From: Proteromonas lacertae
Lineage: Eukaryota
Assembly: GCA_002245135.1 (NCBI GenBank)
Contig: NGBS01001161.1
Location: 310,001-374,000 of the forward strand
Direction of reading: 5' to 3'
Length of the DNA stretch: 64,000 bases
Made by a program: the position numbers and the translations under genes. Positions within the stretch are counted from its first letter, which is position 1, and each line of letters begins with the position of its first letter. The notes under the pieces are model-generated. The model had not been told where the DNA came from. It saw only the letters and a program-made list of their open reading frames with translations, and searched no databases. This document shows, piece after piece, positions 38,460 through 52,502 of this stretch.

Positions 38460-41400
38460 TTAATGTTTATCCCAAAATCCTCCTTTCAGAGGAGGTTGTC
38501 CATCCTCTCCTCCAAACAATAATTTTTCAATTTCTGCTTCAGAAGTTTCAGATACTTCAGTCTTTTTCGTCTCAACATTACCGTCATAATCAGTTAATGT
38601 ACGATCTCGACTTACTTCTTTTGGAGCAGGTTCAACAACAGTAGATTTACGAGAATATGCCTTGGTTGTTGTTTTATTTCCATTCGACTTATTTTTTTGT
38701 GTTGCATATGGACTATTCGTCATCATTGATGATTTCTTTTTGATGATTTTTTGCTGAGTTCTTTTCTTCCATTTGACTAACTTTATTTTCAATTTATCTT
38801 CTGTTCTTTCTTGTTGTTCTTTATTCCTCTTTGCCATATCTTTCAACGTACTTCTCAATGCATTTTTTACCTTCTCCTTCAATGAATCATAATAAAACAT
38901 CATTCTCTGTAATTCTGTATGTGATAACATAAACAAATGACTTGTAGTTAATGCTCTGATTGATGCAGTTCTTTTAGTTTCCATTAATATCGCTATTTCA
39001 CCAAAATAATTACCTTCTGTTATGTTTGTATATACAACTTCATCTGCTGTTCCAGCTTTGCCTAAACATTGAACTGTTCCTTTTATTAAGAAATACATTT
39101 CTGTTCCTATTTCTCCTTCATGAAATACATAATCGTTTGGACTACAATAAATTGGACTCATTACTATCAATAAGTAACTGATAAATCCTGTGTCTTTTTC
39201 ATTATTAAAGAATGAAATCTTTGGTATTTCATTTCGATATACATACAGTATTAATTCATTTCTCAAATATTCAGGCATTTCATTCACAAAGGATGTTTCA
39301 TCAAATGCACTTTTCAATTTAAATATAAAAGTATAGTGTTTAATTACTCTATCAATCATTACTCTTGGTATTTTATTCTCCTGCAAATAAGCCAGTACTT
39401 CATTCATCCTTGATTTCTCTCTTCCTCCACTAGATGAATCTAATTGACTTACAACAGCAGCAATACCACCTATTATATAACCAAACACAATTGAACCTAT
39501 TAACATTGACAAACTACAATATATCATTTCAAATGTATTTGTAGGAGTTATATCTCCATATCCTACAGTTGTTATGGTTGTAAAACTCCAATACAACGAA
39601 GATACATACTTTTCAAAATTACTTTGTTGGTCTTTAATGTATATAAGCAATAACCAATTGTCATTTGGATAAAATGTTGTTATGTAATACCATAAGCAAC
39701 TAAGAAAATTGGTAATAAACACTACTTCATAGGCATAAGCACAGAATTTCTTCATATTTGGACTTAACTGAAATTGGTTGGTGAATTTTGCATACAACCT
39801 CAGCAATTTGTATAAACGCAATAATTTCAAAAATCTAATAAGCTTTGCTAATCTATATGATCTTAAATTCATATGACTATCAAAATCTAACAAATAAAAA
39901 ATCAAATCAATTGGAATAGAAGATAAAACATCTGGAATAAATGTTGTGCTTAAATAGTGTTTTCTTATCTCCTTATAATCACTTTCTAAATAATCCAAAT
40001 GACGATAATAAGCTGTAAAAAAACGAATAACAATATCAAAAATAAATATCATGTCAAACAATATAGAAAATAATAACCATATTAAATCAGGTTCTGCATT
40101 AAATCCAACTCTATATGGAACTTCTATTGAATTGAATATTATTATTATAAACAATATTATTTGATGAAATGAATAATACTTATTCTCTGGATGGATAATA
40201 TACTTTGGAAGTTTATTCATTTCATTATACAATTCTATATCTTGTTCTACATTCTGATATAAATCTCCATTTTTATCATTCTTATTCTCATCATTTGATT
40301 TACTCTTTTGATTAATAACTTCATTGATTTTATCTTTGAATTCACCTTCCACTTTTTTCATTTCACCATTATATAGTAAAAATGATAATAGCAAAGCATT
40401 TGTTCTTCTTGCTACGACATGAGTAGCTGATGTTAAATTTTCTCTTATCGAATCTGCCATATCTTGTCCAATTGATCTTCTATACTTTTTCTTTTTAAAT
40501 AAATTCTTTGGAGAAACTGGATTGGAATTAGGCAGTGTTACAGTTTTATTTAATTTCAACTGTTCTGGTTTTCCTGATAAATCTTCACTTGAAAGTGTCT
40601 TACTTAATTTTTTCTTTGGTGGTGGTGTAACTGATTCAGGTAGTCTTGGTGATATTTCATTTTTTTCTTTTCCTGTAATTGGTGTTTCTGGTAATTCAGG
40701 TGCTACTCTTGAAGATGATTTCTTTGGTGGTGTAAGTGGAATTGATAGTTTTATTCTTGAGGGCAACTGCTTAGCTTGTGATGGGATTGTTGGGAGAGTT
40801 TGTGGAGATTTTATAAAACTTGATCTGAATGACTGTGAAGGTGATGATATATGGAATGAAGTGGGTGTTGATTTTCTCATTGAATCATAATCATAAACTG
40901 GAGAATCTAATGCAATTGTTGCTTTTCTATTAATTGTCATTCTTAATTCCTCTTTAATTTTGTTCAAATTAGAAACTCTATCCTTTGCTGTTTGTGTTAA
41001 TTTGTCTTTAATTCCTTTGAAATAAAATGTAATTTCATCCACATCATCTTTATTAATAAAGTACATATCACAATAAGTAATTGCAGTAAATGAACAAGGA
41101 CTTCTCATTTCTAACATTAAAGAAGTATCACCAAAATAACAACCAGCATTATACATACCAACTGTAAAAGGTGATTTATCATAATCTATAAACACTTCAA
41201 CTTCACCTTTCACTAAGAAATACATTTCTCTAAATATCCAACCTTCATTACCTATTAAATCGCCTTTATTATGATACATTGGTCTTAATCTTGTCACAAA
41301 CGCACAAACTACGTTTCTATCTTCACCAATAAACAGTTTACAATTAGCTACAAAATCTAAATGAACTTCAATAATGATTTGATTTCTTATATTATTGGAT

Positions 41401-42912
41401 AATTCAGAAAGAATTACATTTTCATCAAAGACAGAACGATGTTTATATAAATATTGAAAGTATCTATTTATTTAATATAAATACAACAATAATCAATACT
41501 TTGTTATTTTTCTTCTTATCATTGAAGGCACTTTTCTATCTTTTAGATATTGTTTCAATTCATCAATTTTATTTTCAAATACAATACTTCTAATTGAAGA
41601 ATCACTAGAAATAGCAGTAATATTACCAACTAAATAACCATAAATAATAGCACCTATCAATTGAATGATAATTGCAAATATTCTTTCATATAAATTATAA
41701 GCAACAATATCTCCATATCCTGTAGTTGCCATTGTTGCTATTGTCCAATAAAATGAAGAGATGTAACAATTAATTAATGATTTTCTATCAATATCTATTG
41801 ATTCTATCCATGAGAATGAATTATCAGGTCCATATCTTCCAATGAAAAACCAAATGCAACAAATGATATGAGCAGAAAAAATGAATGTCATAATTAACTT
41901 TGAAATATTATACAATCTCGGACTATATATTAAAAAGTTATAATGACAATTGTATTATACTTTATTCTGAGTAATATTGCTTTGTTAAATGGTATTCTAT
42001 ATAATTTAAATAACTTTAATAAATGACTTAAAACAAATTATTAAAGATAACTATCAAAAGGTATTTATATATGTCTATATAAAAGATATTAATTTGAAAT
42101 CCTAATCTATTTTTCATCGCAGACTGAAGTATGAAATCTAAAGGAATTGCTGGAATTAAATCCATAATAAACTTTGTTTTTAAATAATGAATAGCAATTT
42201 GTTTTCTATCATACACAGTCATTTGATTTTCTTCATCTTTAAAGGTGACAAAGAACCTTATAATAATATCCACAATAAATATAAACTCTATTATAACATT
42301 TATTATTAACCACGCACCTTCATCAGCAATATCATAACCAAACATAAAAGGTGTTGTTAATGAAGATAATATAATAATTATACGTAATAATATACCCCAT
42401 ATTACATAGAATATGGATTCTGCATGAATGATCCAATTATTTCCAAAACACCAAAACCGTTTATCCTTATCTGTTCTGTTGTGTTGCTTTAAGAATTTGT
42501 CTTGATCTCTTCTTTCCATCATTTGAACATGTAAAAAGTCTTGAGTATTTCCTGTGTCTCTTTTCCATTCATTTTTTACGTTTTTACTCTCAAGATTCTC
42601 TCTAATAAGTATAATTGATGAAAATGTACTCAACACTTTCACTAATTCCTTCCAAATGTTCTGAATCATTTGATTTTGTCTCAGCAAGATTTAATGATTT
42701 ATTCAAACAGCTATTCACACTGTCACTTATTAGTTTTCTATTAATCAAAGAAAATAATGTACCGATTCTGCCTTTTTGATTCTATTTTATCTCTATTTGT
42801 TTGAGATTTCCTTGTAGATTCGTTTCTTCTCTTGAGTTTCTAAAGATATCAATAAAGAAAAATGTACAGTTCTTCTAGTATCATTTCTAAATCTCGCTGT
42901 TATTGATAACAT
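38460..42912 (-). CDS. Two-repeat CNBD-containing K+ channel, 2x(6TM + C-linker + CNBD)
   Basis: Two pores, YWTIATMATTGYGDI and YWSFTTITTVGYGDI, and two CNBDs, YFGDTSL and YFGEIAIL...RTAS. The frame is continuous after splicing. Confidence 0.88.
42028..42089 (-). other. Putative U12-type intron (AT-AA, 62 nt; alternative AT-AT acceptor at 42037) at S4 of channel repeat 1
   Basis: 5' ATATCTTTTAT is identical to the SmD3 intron, with branch-like TCTTTAAT. Removal gives GFQISHLLKLFKLYRI, colinear with repeat-2 S4 SYRLAKLIRFLKLLRL. The only local GT-AG option is out of frame. Confidence 0.68.
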
Positions 42913-43064
42913 GTATATAAACCACAGTTTCCGTTTCTATTCACCTATATCTAAAAAAATATTCAATTAACCGTTTCAGTTCAAACCTAATATCAAACTA
43001 TTTAAAAATAAACAATCAAAAAAACAATAAAAATAGAATATATAATAATTATTATTTAGTGTAA

Positions 43065-46000
43065 TTATGCTGCAACCAATTTTCCTCCTTGTAATACAAA
43101 CCATGAACCAGACTATTTGATAAAAAATAGATAAATAATAGAAAATATATACGTTTGGATCCTTTGTGTAACGATTACTACTCTCATCAAAATACCATGT
43201 AGTTTTTGTATTATACCATAAATTAAATTCATCATTCCATATAAAATCACCTTTTCTCTTTGGTTCAGCTTTTGGAGCAGGTGGTGGAGGTGGAGGGGCT
43301 ATTAAAATAAATAATAATATATAAATATATACGTTCACCAAATCCTTTTCCATACATATCATCATCTTGAAAACCACCACTTGAATCACCAAATCCACTA
43401 TCTCCAAAACCACCACTATCAACAGCTGGAGCAGCAGCAGCAGGAGGAGGTGGTGGTGGCGGAGGAGCACCAAATCCACCATCCATACCTCCTCCACCAA
43501 AACTATCATATGAACTTGCACCTAATTCGTAAGTACTTGAACCTAAATCATAAGCACTAGCACCTAAATCTATTGAACTATCAACTCTAATACCTGGAGC
43601 AGCTGGAGGAGGAGGTGGAGGTGCAGCAGCACCAAATCCACCAGCACCACCAGCAGGACGTAAATTAGGTAAAAACTTATAATAACAAGGAGGTATTGAA
43701 TTAGGAACTGGGAGTTGTTGTTGTGTACATACCATAATCATTTGCATAATAACACAGAATTCTGGCTCATTACATGCATTCAAATTAACATCAACAGCTA
43801 ATGATACTATTTGTTGTAATATCTCAAATGCTAATCCACTCATCTGGAACATTGGGAATGCTTGACCTAAAGTAACTGTTGGAGCACCCATTGCAATTTG
43901 ATCATAATAACCTTTCCATTGTAAATACATATTCTCATCCATACCCCATGGTGGTGATTGATCATCTTCCAATCCATATCCTGAAGTTGCTCTACTTCCT
44001 CTTCTTGCAGGTGGAGCAGCAGGAGCTGGTGGTGGTGGTGGAGGAGGAGCACCAAATCCACCATCCATTCCTCCACCAAAACTATCCATACCTGCACTAG
44101 CACCACCGAAACTATCCATTCCAAATCCACCAGCGGCTGGAGCAGGAGGAGGTGGAGGAGGAGCACCTCCAAAACCTCCACCGAAACTACCATCATCACC
44201 TCCTCCAAATCCACCATCATCACCTCCACCAAAACCACCATCATCACCACCAAAACCACCAGCAGCAGAACCTCCAAAACTATCCATTCCTCCACCGAAA
44301 CTGTCCATACCTGCACTAGCACCACCGAAATTATCCATTCCAAATCCACCAGCAGCTGGAGGTGGTGGTGGAGGAGGAGGTGGAGCAGCAGCACCTTTCT
44401 TTCCTTTCTTACCTTTAGCAGCTGGAGGTGGTGGAGGAGGAGCAGGAGCACCAAAACTATCATCCATTCCAAAATCATCATCACCTCCGCCAAAACCACC
44501 ATCATCATCACCACCAAATCCACTATCCATACCACCACCAAAGCCTCCACCAGCAGCAGCAGCACCCATACCAAATTCATCATCACTTGAGTCATCACCA
44601 GCACCAAAACCACCACCGAATCCACCAGCAGCTGGAGGTGGTGGTGGTGGAGGAGGCGGAGCAGCACCTTTTTTACCTTTCTTTGCAGCAGCACCTTTCT
44701 TACCTTTTGCAGCAGGAGGTGGAGGTGGTGGAGGAGGAGCACCAAAGTCCATTCCACCTAAATCATCATCAGAGTCATCATCACCAAAACCACCACCACC
44801 CATACCAAATCCACCTGCAGCTGGTGGTGGTGGAGGAGGAGGAGGTGGAGCGCCTTTCTTACCTTTCTTTCCCTTCTTACCTGGTGGAGGAGGTGGTGGA
44901 GGTGGAGCATTACCAAAACCATCATCTTCTTCTTCCTCATCTTCTTCATCATCATCACCACCACCTGCAGCAGCAGCACCACCACCACTACCTATCTCTT
45001 TACCATTTGCTACAAGTGTAACGAAGGATGTAGCAATTGATCTTGTTAATCCATCTAAGAAAACAGCTCTTTCTTTTAATGCTCTTGACATTTGTGATAT
45101 ATCTTTTGCACCTTTTCTTAGATCTCTTGCATTTACTGCATTGTATTCTAATGGTCTATAAGCAGCTGGTTGAATAGCTTGAGCAGCTAGTGCCATTGAT
45201 GCTAAATAACCTAATGGTAAATTGGGATCTTCTTTAGCAAATGCCATCATTGGATTTAATACTTTCTCTGCTGTATAAATTGTACCTAAAATCAATATAA
45301 TTTGACATGTAGTAGAATCAGAGGCTTCAAATACAAATGCTCTTTCTGGTGTAACAATTGAAAACCTTTTATCATTCTCTTGATTCTTAATGAAATAGGT
45401 TGATTGATTGTAAGTATCTTTTACCATTGTTTTACCTCCTTTTCTTAACTTATATTTATTTCTATTTAATAATACTTGGAAGAAATCTTTCTTACCACCT
45501 CTTGCTAAATCTGCAGAATTCAAACCTGATATATGATTTACAATATAGAATATATCTTTACCTTTCCTTAATGTTGCTTCTACTGGCATTTCAAAGTGTT
45601 TTATTGTTACTGGTTGAGTTGTTTCAATATAATGTGCATTTCCATATCGAACTCTAACTTGCATTTGACAGCCAGCATCATTAATCGATAAGAAATAAGT
45701 TGGTCCAGAATGAACTACATCCATTTGATTTCCATATTTAACTCTATACCATTCAATAAATGCAATATCACCAACTTCAAACACTTTTTTACCAATATGC
45801 ACTTTACCTTCTACATACAATAATGTACCTGCTCTTGGTTGACCTACAATACTACAATCTGCAATTCGGACAATTCCTTTCTGCATATCAGGTATTTGGA
45901 TCATTGAATATATTTGTTCTTTTATATCCATCACACAATCTGCTGAATCTTTTAATAAATTCATTAAATTAGCTTCTACTGGTGATGGTTCTCTAGCTTC

Positions 46001-46673
46001 ATGTATTTTCATTTGCATTGATTGACCACCTTGAGCTCCTTCTTCTGAACTTGATCTTCTTTCCATTCCACCAGGTGGAGGAGGAGGTGGAGGTGGAGCT
46101 CCATGTGGACCACCTGGTGGTGGTGGTGGTGGAGGAGGAGGAGGGGGTGGAGGAGGTGCAGCACCTTTCTTACCTTTCTTTCCCTTTGGAGGAGGTGGTG
46201 GAGGTGGAGCTGGTCCTCCCATATCATCATCACTTGAATCAGAAAAACCACCACCACCAACTGGTCTTTTTGGAGGAGGGGGTGGTGGAGGAGGAGCACC
46301 GTATTCATCATCACTGTCTTCTTCTGGTTCAGATTCATCTTCGTTTCCACCATCTATTTCTAGTTTGACGGATTTACCTAATGGAGTGAATTTGTCCTTT
46401 AGAGTATCTGCTATTTTCTGTTTACTGATCTGTGCTCTATATTTATTATAATTATAGGGTGTATATTATACGGAATAACGATCTGTTTTTTATTGTGAGT
46501 TCCTTCTCCCCAAACAACACCTATTTTTATTATAACAATAACTTAAATACCTGGAATTTCAATGTTAGTAATTTTTGCAATAATAACCAAAGGATCTGCA
46601 TCTGGATTTGGTTTTATTGTATATTTACAATTAACTAATGTTGATATTATATATAATAATGTATACGTGGCAT
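43065..46673 (-). CDS. Polyproline/Gly-Phe-rich scaffold: small N-terminal domain + SCAB1-like Ig-PH + EH domain + C-terminal OCRE-like domain, 5 introns
   Basis: ATG at 46673 joins via three introns. Ig-like IEWYRV...PTYFLSINDAG, PH-like KYKLRKGGKTMVKDTY...FVFEAS, EH W...FQMSGL..EILQQIVSL..D...EFCVIM...PVPNSIP, and aromatic octamers FIWNDEFNLWYNTKTTWYFDESSNRY. Confidence 0.75.
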
Positions 46674-47128
46674 GTTATAATATAAATTTTAGTCTATACA
46701 GAGTAAATTAGTGATTAAAGATAATAATAGGATTATTAGTAAACTAATACAAAAATATGTTGTAGAGATTAAAAGATTTATTATACTATACCGTATTTAT
46801 CAGTTACTATAGAAATAATACGATCCAATAAATCAATACAAAAAAGATCTTGTTTCAAGCCTTGAAGCTTGAGATATCTAATTCAATTTGAAATGACTTA
46901 ATTTTTATGTTACTGCCTAGCTTTTATGCATTATTAATTATATTGTTTTGTATATGCAAGCATATTTCATATGATACTGCCATTATTGTATGAATTATGA
47001 TTGTGTTCCGATTTTTGTCGTTTGATGTTTTGAATATTTATATGACAATTTTGTTTATTAAATGCAACACAAACGTGAATTCAAGATAATTACACCAAAA
47101 AACATAGAATTATTCACATTTTTTTCTT

Positions 47129-48481
47129 TCAATGTTGTTTCTTCACATAATCCAATATATATTTGTATGTACAGTACTTATTGATAAGGAAAATAAGCAA
47201 AAATGGAAGAATCCATAACAACAACATAATTCCAGTAAATAAATCATCAAAACCATATACATAACAGTTGAACCCATATGTAATACCAAACACACAAGTT
47301 GGACTAAACAATAAAGCTCTTAAAAATGAAGGAGCAACCTAAATTAAATTAAAGAGTAAAAGAAAAAGAATATACTCTAAATGGTGCATATTTATATTTA
47401 CCAATGAACATAATACCAACAAACATTAATGCTAAAGATACACCAATCTGAATGAATAATAAACCATTAGATTCTTCTCTAACTTTATTTATCAATCCAT
47501 CAACACCATACTTATTTTCACTAACTATAAAGAATGGTTTATCTTTATCATTATTATTAACACTATAAGGTATGATAGTATCACCTTTAGCTTGTCCAAC
47601 AATTGTAAATGTTACTGGAAATCCAACTGTAAATATTCTTACTCGAATATCTCCATTACTACCTATTATGAAATTATAATATCATATTATAAATACAATT
47701 ATTATTAAATTGTTGTATTATTGGATGATTAAGTTTTAAAAAATATGGTTTATGATGTACAGTTTGACTTCTATCACTGTATTTTGAATATATCCAATCA
47801 GATGTGATATAATTAAATCCTTCTAATTGTGGTTTACCACTTATTGAATTTATTGTTAATTCATTGTCTTCTGGTTTATATTGATACTCTTCTTCTTTTA
47901 TACTTTTTATTAATTCAGTATCAATTTTATAACCATTAACAAATGCATATTTTAAAGTAACTGTTCGACTATTTAAATAAAGAATAAAAAAACTTATAAA
48001 AATACTTTGAAATAACATTAGTTCTATTCACATTTATATGACCACTTTGTTTTTTAAATGTTTTAGATGATATACATGATTTACTCCAATCTTCCTTATA
48101 CTCATAACTACCATCTTCTTTCTCTATTTCTTGCCATTGACAATATTCAACTTCTCTTCTCAAAATATAACGTGATCTAAATTGTATGCCTAATACATCA
48201 TCATATAAACCGTAATTTCTATATCCCTATTCAATCTAATAACCTAATTATACTTCCACTTTCATAACTTTAACTAAGATAAGCTCATCTTCATATTTCA
48301 AGTCTACTTCATCATCTTCAGGTATTTCAATCTACATTTTATCTTGTATTAAAGAAATTAATACAGCATTTTGCAATATTCTAACATCATATCCTTTTTT
48401 TAGTACGATACCAAGATTTGCATACATTACTAATCCAATTGCAGCAATACAAAGAGATAAACCAACTATTTTTAAAACCAT
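47129..48481 (-). CDS. TMEM43: TMEM43/LUMA (DUF1625) family membrane protein
   Basis: LRREVEYCQWQE...YKEDWS, GHIN and GDIRVRIF...TIVGQAKGDTIIPY, with an N-terminal TM and C-terminal TMs. The start is placed at MVLKIV (48481) so it does not overlap the + strand neighbour. Confidence 0.82.
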
Positions 48482-48526
48482 ATGTTTGACTCTGGCTTGA
48501 AGAGAAACTGCTTTTTCTTTCTTTTC

Positions 48527-49160
48527 ATGTTTACTACAAGTCCAACTTGTCATGCCACTTTATTAGTGAACGAATCTGATTTTCTAAAAGAAAATTACAG
48601 AAAACAGAAGAGGTATCATATGTTCTTGTTATTATATGAAATAGATGGAATATCATAGATGTCGATCATGAAAACGAATGGCTCAAAAATCAAAAAGCTT
48701 ATGAAACTTGTATATATGGTTCACCTAGACATCCAGAGTCCTTTTACCATAGAGAGTATTAGTTGTTATAATATTGTAATAGAAGACCTGAAATACCAAG
48801 ATCTCATTCTGCTCGTCCCAGTAGAAACATTTATGAACAAATTGTAAATACTCACAATGAAATAATCAAAAGATTAACTACCTACAACACAACTCACGTA
48901 TTTAATATTTTTAATAATTTACACATACTTAGGGTATAAAAGAAAGACCAAATTCAACAGGAAGAATGATGAAACCAATGCAAACTAGAACAAATCAGCA
49001 AATAGCACCAATATCACCAATTAAAGCAATTCCTCCAAGTAGTTTACCACCAGTGACACAATCTCCAAGAAGAGCACATATGCCAGTAACAAAATATGGT
49101 TGTTTAACCAGACATGTAGATCATGATGAAAGATGGTTGTATCATAATTATAAACGATAA
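48527..49160 (+). CDS. Hypothetical protein (~180 aa), 3 introns
   Basis: In-frame splicing from ATG 48527 (MFTTSPTCHATLL...) to the stop at 49160. No family recognised. Confidence 0.55.
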
Positions 49161-49250
49161 ATATTTATATATAAAAAGATCATTTATATGATAGTATTGT
49201 TAACATTGTATGGCTGTTATACTTTAATCCAAAAATTACAGAAAATTCAT

Positions 49251-49257
49251 CCGTTTC
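49251..49257 (+). promoter_or_regulatory. CCGTTTC candidate core-promoter motif upstream of VPS18 (representative copy)
   Basis: The same 7-mer lies upstream of starts at 15265 (rc), 38283 (rc), 42931, 42971, 52477, 54622 and 62792. Confidence 0.5.
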
Positions 49258-49292
49258 AAAATTTCTTTTTATATCTTTAATTTTTTGAATCA

Positions 49293-52200
49293 ATGGCATC
49301 ATTATTTGATGAATGGGTTTCTTCAACAGGGAATGAAGAGGAAGATCTCCACGAATCTGATGTACGTTTATTTTTATTATTGCTTCTATAGAATAATATT
49401 ACTCAACAAGTGAATCGAAGACATGTAGTTGAAGAACAATCTACCGAAGATCCAATATTCACTGTGGAGTTAATGAATTGGATAGTTCCTCTTAATAGCA
49501 GAGGTCAAAAAATAGCAGGTTTTGTTCCACCTAAATTAACTTCTGTATATAAAAATACTTTATTATATAGTTTGCATGTGGTAACAATGTACTTTTGCTA
49601 GGAACCAGTGATAAGAAATTATATCGTTGGAAAGTGAATGGCCAATTTCAAGGTATATATATTATTCATCCTATTTTCTAATAGAAATCGAATTACCAAG
49701 TCGTGATTGTGGAATTTATAGATTATTTGTTGATCCAACAGGAAAACATGGAGTAATCAGTCTTAGAACAGGAGATAATTACTATTTACATGAGTCAACT
49801 AATAAATTGAAAGAATTAACCAAAATTCATGGAATGATTATAGAATCAATAGGTTGGGATAAACAAGCACCAACTGATAAAAGTACAGGTACAATATTAA
49901 TCGGTTCAAGAAACGGTCAAATTTTCGAAAGTGTAATAGAAGAGAAAGACAAATACTGTAAAAAAGTATGTGATTTACGTCAATCCATTCCAATATGTGG
50001 ATTATTCTACGAAAGATTCCCAGGATCACTTAATAAATACTTTGTAATGTTAGCTACAGCCAATCCAACTAGATATTATCAATATGTGGGTGGTCCAGAT
50101 TTTGAACATATGTTTGATCAATGTAAAGGAGGAGATAATGCATTTACTGAATTCCCAGGCGATATACAATATACTGAGTTACAATTTTATTCTAAATATA
50201 TTCATGATGTAGCTAGAACATTTGCATTATTAACCAATGCAGGTATTTATTATGGAACATTATTATTTGCTTCACAGAATACAGGAGATACTGTTGTTCA
50301 TGATTATCAATTAATACAATTAGATTCAATACCTGAATCAATTGCACTAACTGAATTTTATTTTATATTAGCCTATAAGAATGAATTGATCATTCAAAAT
50401 CAATTAAATAATGAAATTGTATTAAGAAGGCAATTTACCAGTAATGAAGGTAATTTATTGAGTTTATCACTTGATAATGGGAATAACACTGTATGGTTAT
50501 GTGCTGAAAATGGAATATATAAAATCAATATAAAAGATGAAGATAGAAATGTTTGGAATCTATATTTAACTCGAGCTAAAAATGGTAATATTCAAGATTT
50601 TGAAACTGCTTATCAACACTGTAAAGATGATAATGAAAGAGATATTGTATTACAAGCTCAAGCTGCTCATTATTTCAATTCAAAAGATTATGATCGTAGT
50701 GCTAAATACTATGCAAGGACACAATGTTCATTTGAAGAAGTGTCATTAAAATTTATAAGTGTAAATGAGAATGATGCTTTAAGGACATTTTTATTATTGA
50801 AATTGAAACAATTTGATAATAATAATAATAATGGAGGTGATGATGATGATGATGAAAAGAGAGAAAGAAACCCACAAAAAACATTAATCTGTACTTGGTT
50901 GACTGAACTATTCTTAGACAAATTAAATTCAATTCCTGAAGATCCAAAGAATGTTAATGAAAATAGTAATCATGAAGAAGAAATTACTCAGATTTCTTTC
51001 GATTTTCGTGAATTTTTGAATGAATATTTAGATGATTTAGATGGTGAAACAACATTTAAACTATTATCAAGTCATGGTAGAGTTGATTTATTATTATATT
51101 ATGCCAGTCTAATGAACGATTATGAAAGAATCTTAACACATCATATGCAAAGAGGTGATTATGAAAGTGCAATATTTGTACTAAAAGAAGCTGATTTTAA
51201 AAGTGTAGAAGATTTGTATTATAAATATAGTGGTCCATTGATGTTAAATTGTGCTGAGAAAACGATAGAGTTATGGCAATGTGCACCGCAATTGAATGCT
51301 GTGATGTTAATACCTTCATTAGTTCGTTATGAGGAACAGAGACAAAAAACAATAAAAAATAATGAAAATGCTGAAAATATAAATGAAAAAATTGGAAGAG
51401 ATTTTGCTGTTGATTATTTAGAATATTGTATTAACAAAAGAGGCAATAAAGACCAAGCTATTCATAATTATTTATTATCTTTATATTGTGATATGGATGA
51501 TGAAATCCCACTTTTACGATATTTAGAGAATCAAATCAATAATCCAGTTGTTGATTTAAAATATGCACTAAGAGTATGTAATAAAGCAAAGAAATTAAGA
51601 AGTTGTGTTTATATTTACAGTATGTTAGGATTATATGAAGAAGCAGTGAAATTATCATTGAATGTTGATATTAAATTAGCAAAAATGAATGCCAATAAAC
51701 CTGAAGATAAAGAATTACAACGTAAATTATGGCTAGAGATAGCTAAGTATTTGATTCAAAATAATAAAGATATAAAGAAAGGATTGAATGTATTAAATGA
51801 ATGTAGTTATATAAAGATTGAAGACATCTTACCTTTATTTCCAGATTTTACTACAATTGATGAATTTAAAGATCAAATTTGTCAAAGTTTGGATGACTAT
51901 AATATACAAATAAAATCATTGAAGGATGAAATGGAAGAATATACAAGTAGTGCTGATAGAATAAGAGATGATATCAAATGTCTAAGAAATAGATATGGTT
52001 ATATTGGTGCTAATCAAAAATGTGATATTTGTCATGAAAGTGCATTATTGCGTCAATTTTATTTATTCCCTTGCACTCACGTTTTTCACACTGATTGTTT
52101 AATGAAAGAAGTGAAAAGATATTTAAGTCCAGTAGGAAGACAACATTTGAAAGAATTGAAAGAGAAATTAAATATTAGTGTAAGTAGTAACAATAATGAA

Positions 52201-52380
52201 ATGAAAAATGCTGTTGCTGCTGGTTTGCCAATAAAAGAACAAGTCCAGACTGAAATAGATGAATTAATAGCCTCTGAATGTTTGTTCTGTGGAGATAAGA
52301 TGATTGATTCTATCACTGAACCTCTAATTAGTGTAGATGAGACTGTTGAAGGATTGGAGTGGAATTTAGATACTAATTAA
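49293..52380 (+). CDS. VPS18: Vacuolar protein sorting 18 (Pep3/deep orange; HOPS/CORVET)
   Basis: LFVDPTGKH, IESIGWD, EDRNVWNLYL, SFEEVSLKF, IHNYLLSLY, KIEDILPLFPDF, and split RING CDIC...FPCTHVFHTDC...ECLFCGD. Confidence 0.95.
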
Positions 52381-52502
52381 TAAATATACATTTGTTTTAT
52401 TATTTTACAATATTTTTTTGCAATTGGTGATTAATGGAGAGTGTATATCTAACAAAATTAGTTTCTAAATATATATCCGTTTCATTTATTCTATATTTTT
52501 AA

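Noticed and set aside
43867..46368. Long His/Leu/Val-rich overlapping ORFs in alternative frames and on the opposite strand
   Set aside because: They are shadows of CCA/CCT/GGT/GGA codon runs in the polyproline gene.
46840..47040. Possible U11-like snRNA: AAAAAAGAT (complementary to ATCTTTT), a hairpin at 46851-46876 and Sm-like tracts at 46900 and 47011
   Set aside because: Spacing does not fit U11, and such motifs are common in AT-rich DNA. The minus strand here looks like a spliced 5' UTR of the polyproline gene. An Infernal search would settle it.
48482..48553. TMEM43 start at 48553 overlapping the + strand gene
   Set aside because: The ATG at 48481 directly precedes the first TM and leaves a 45-nt divergent gap like the other pairs.
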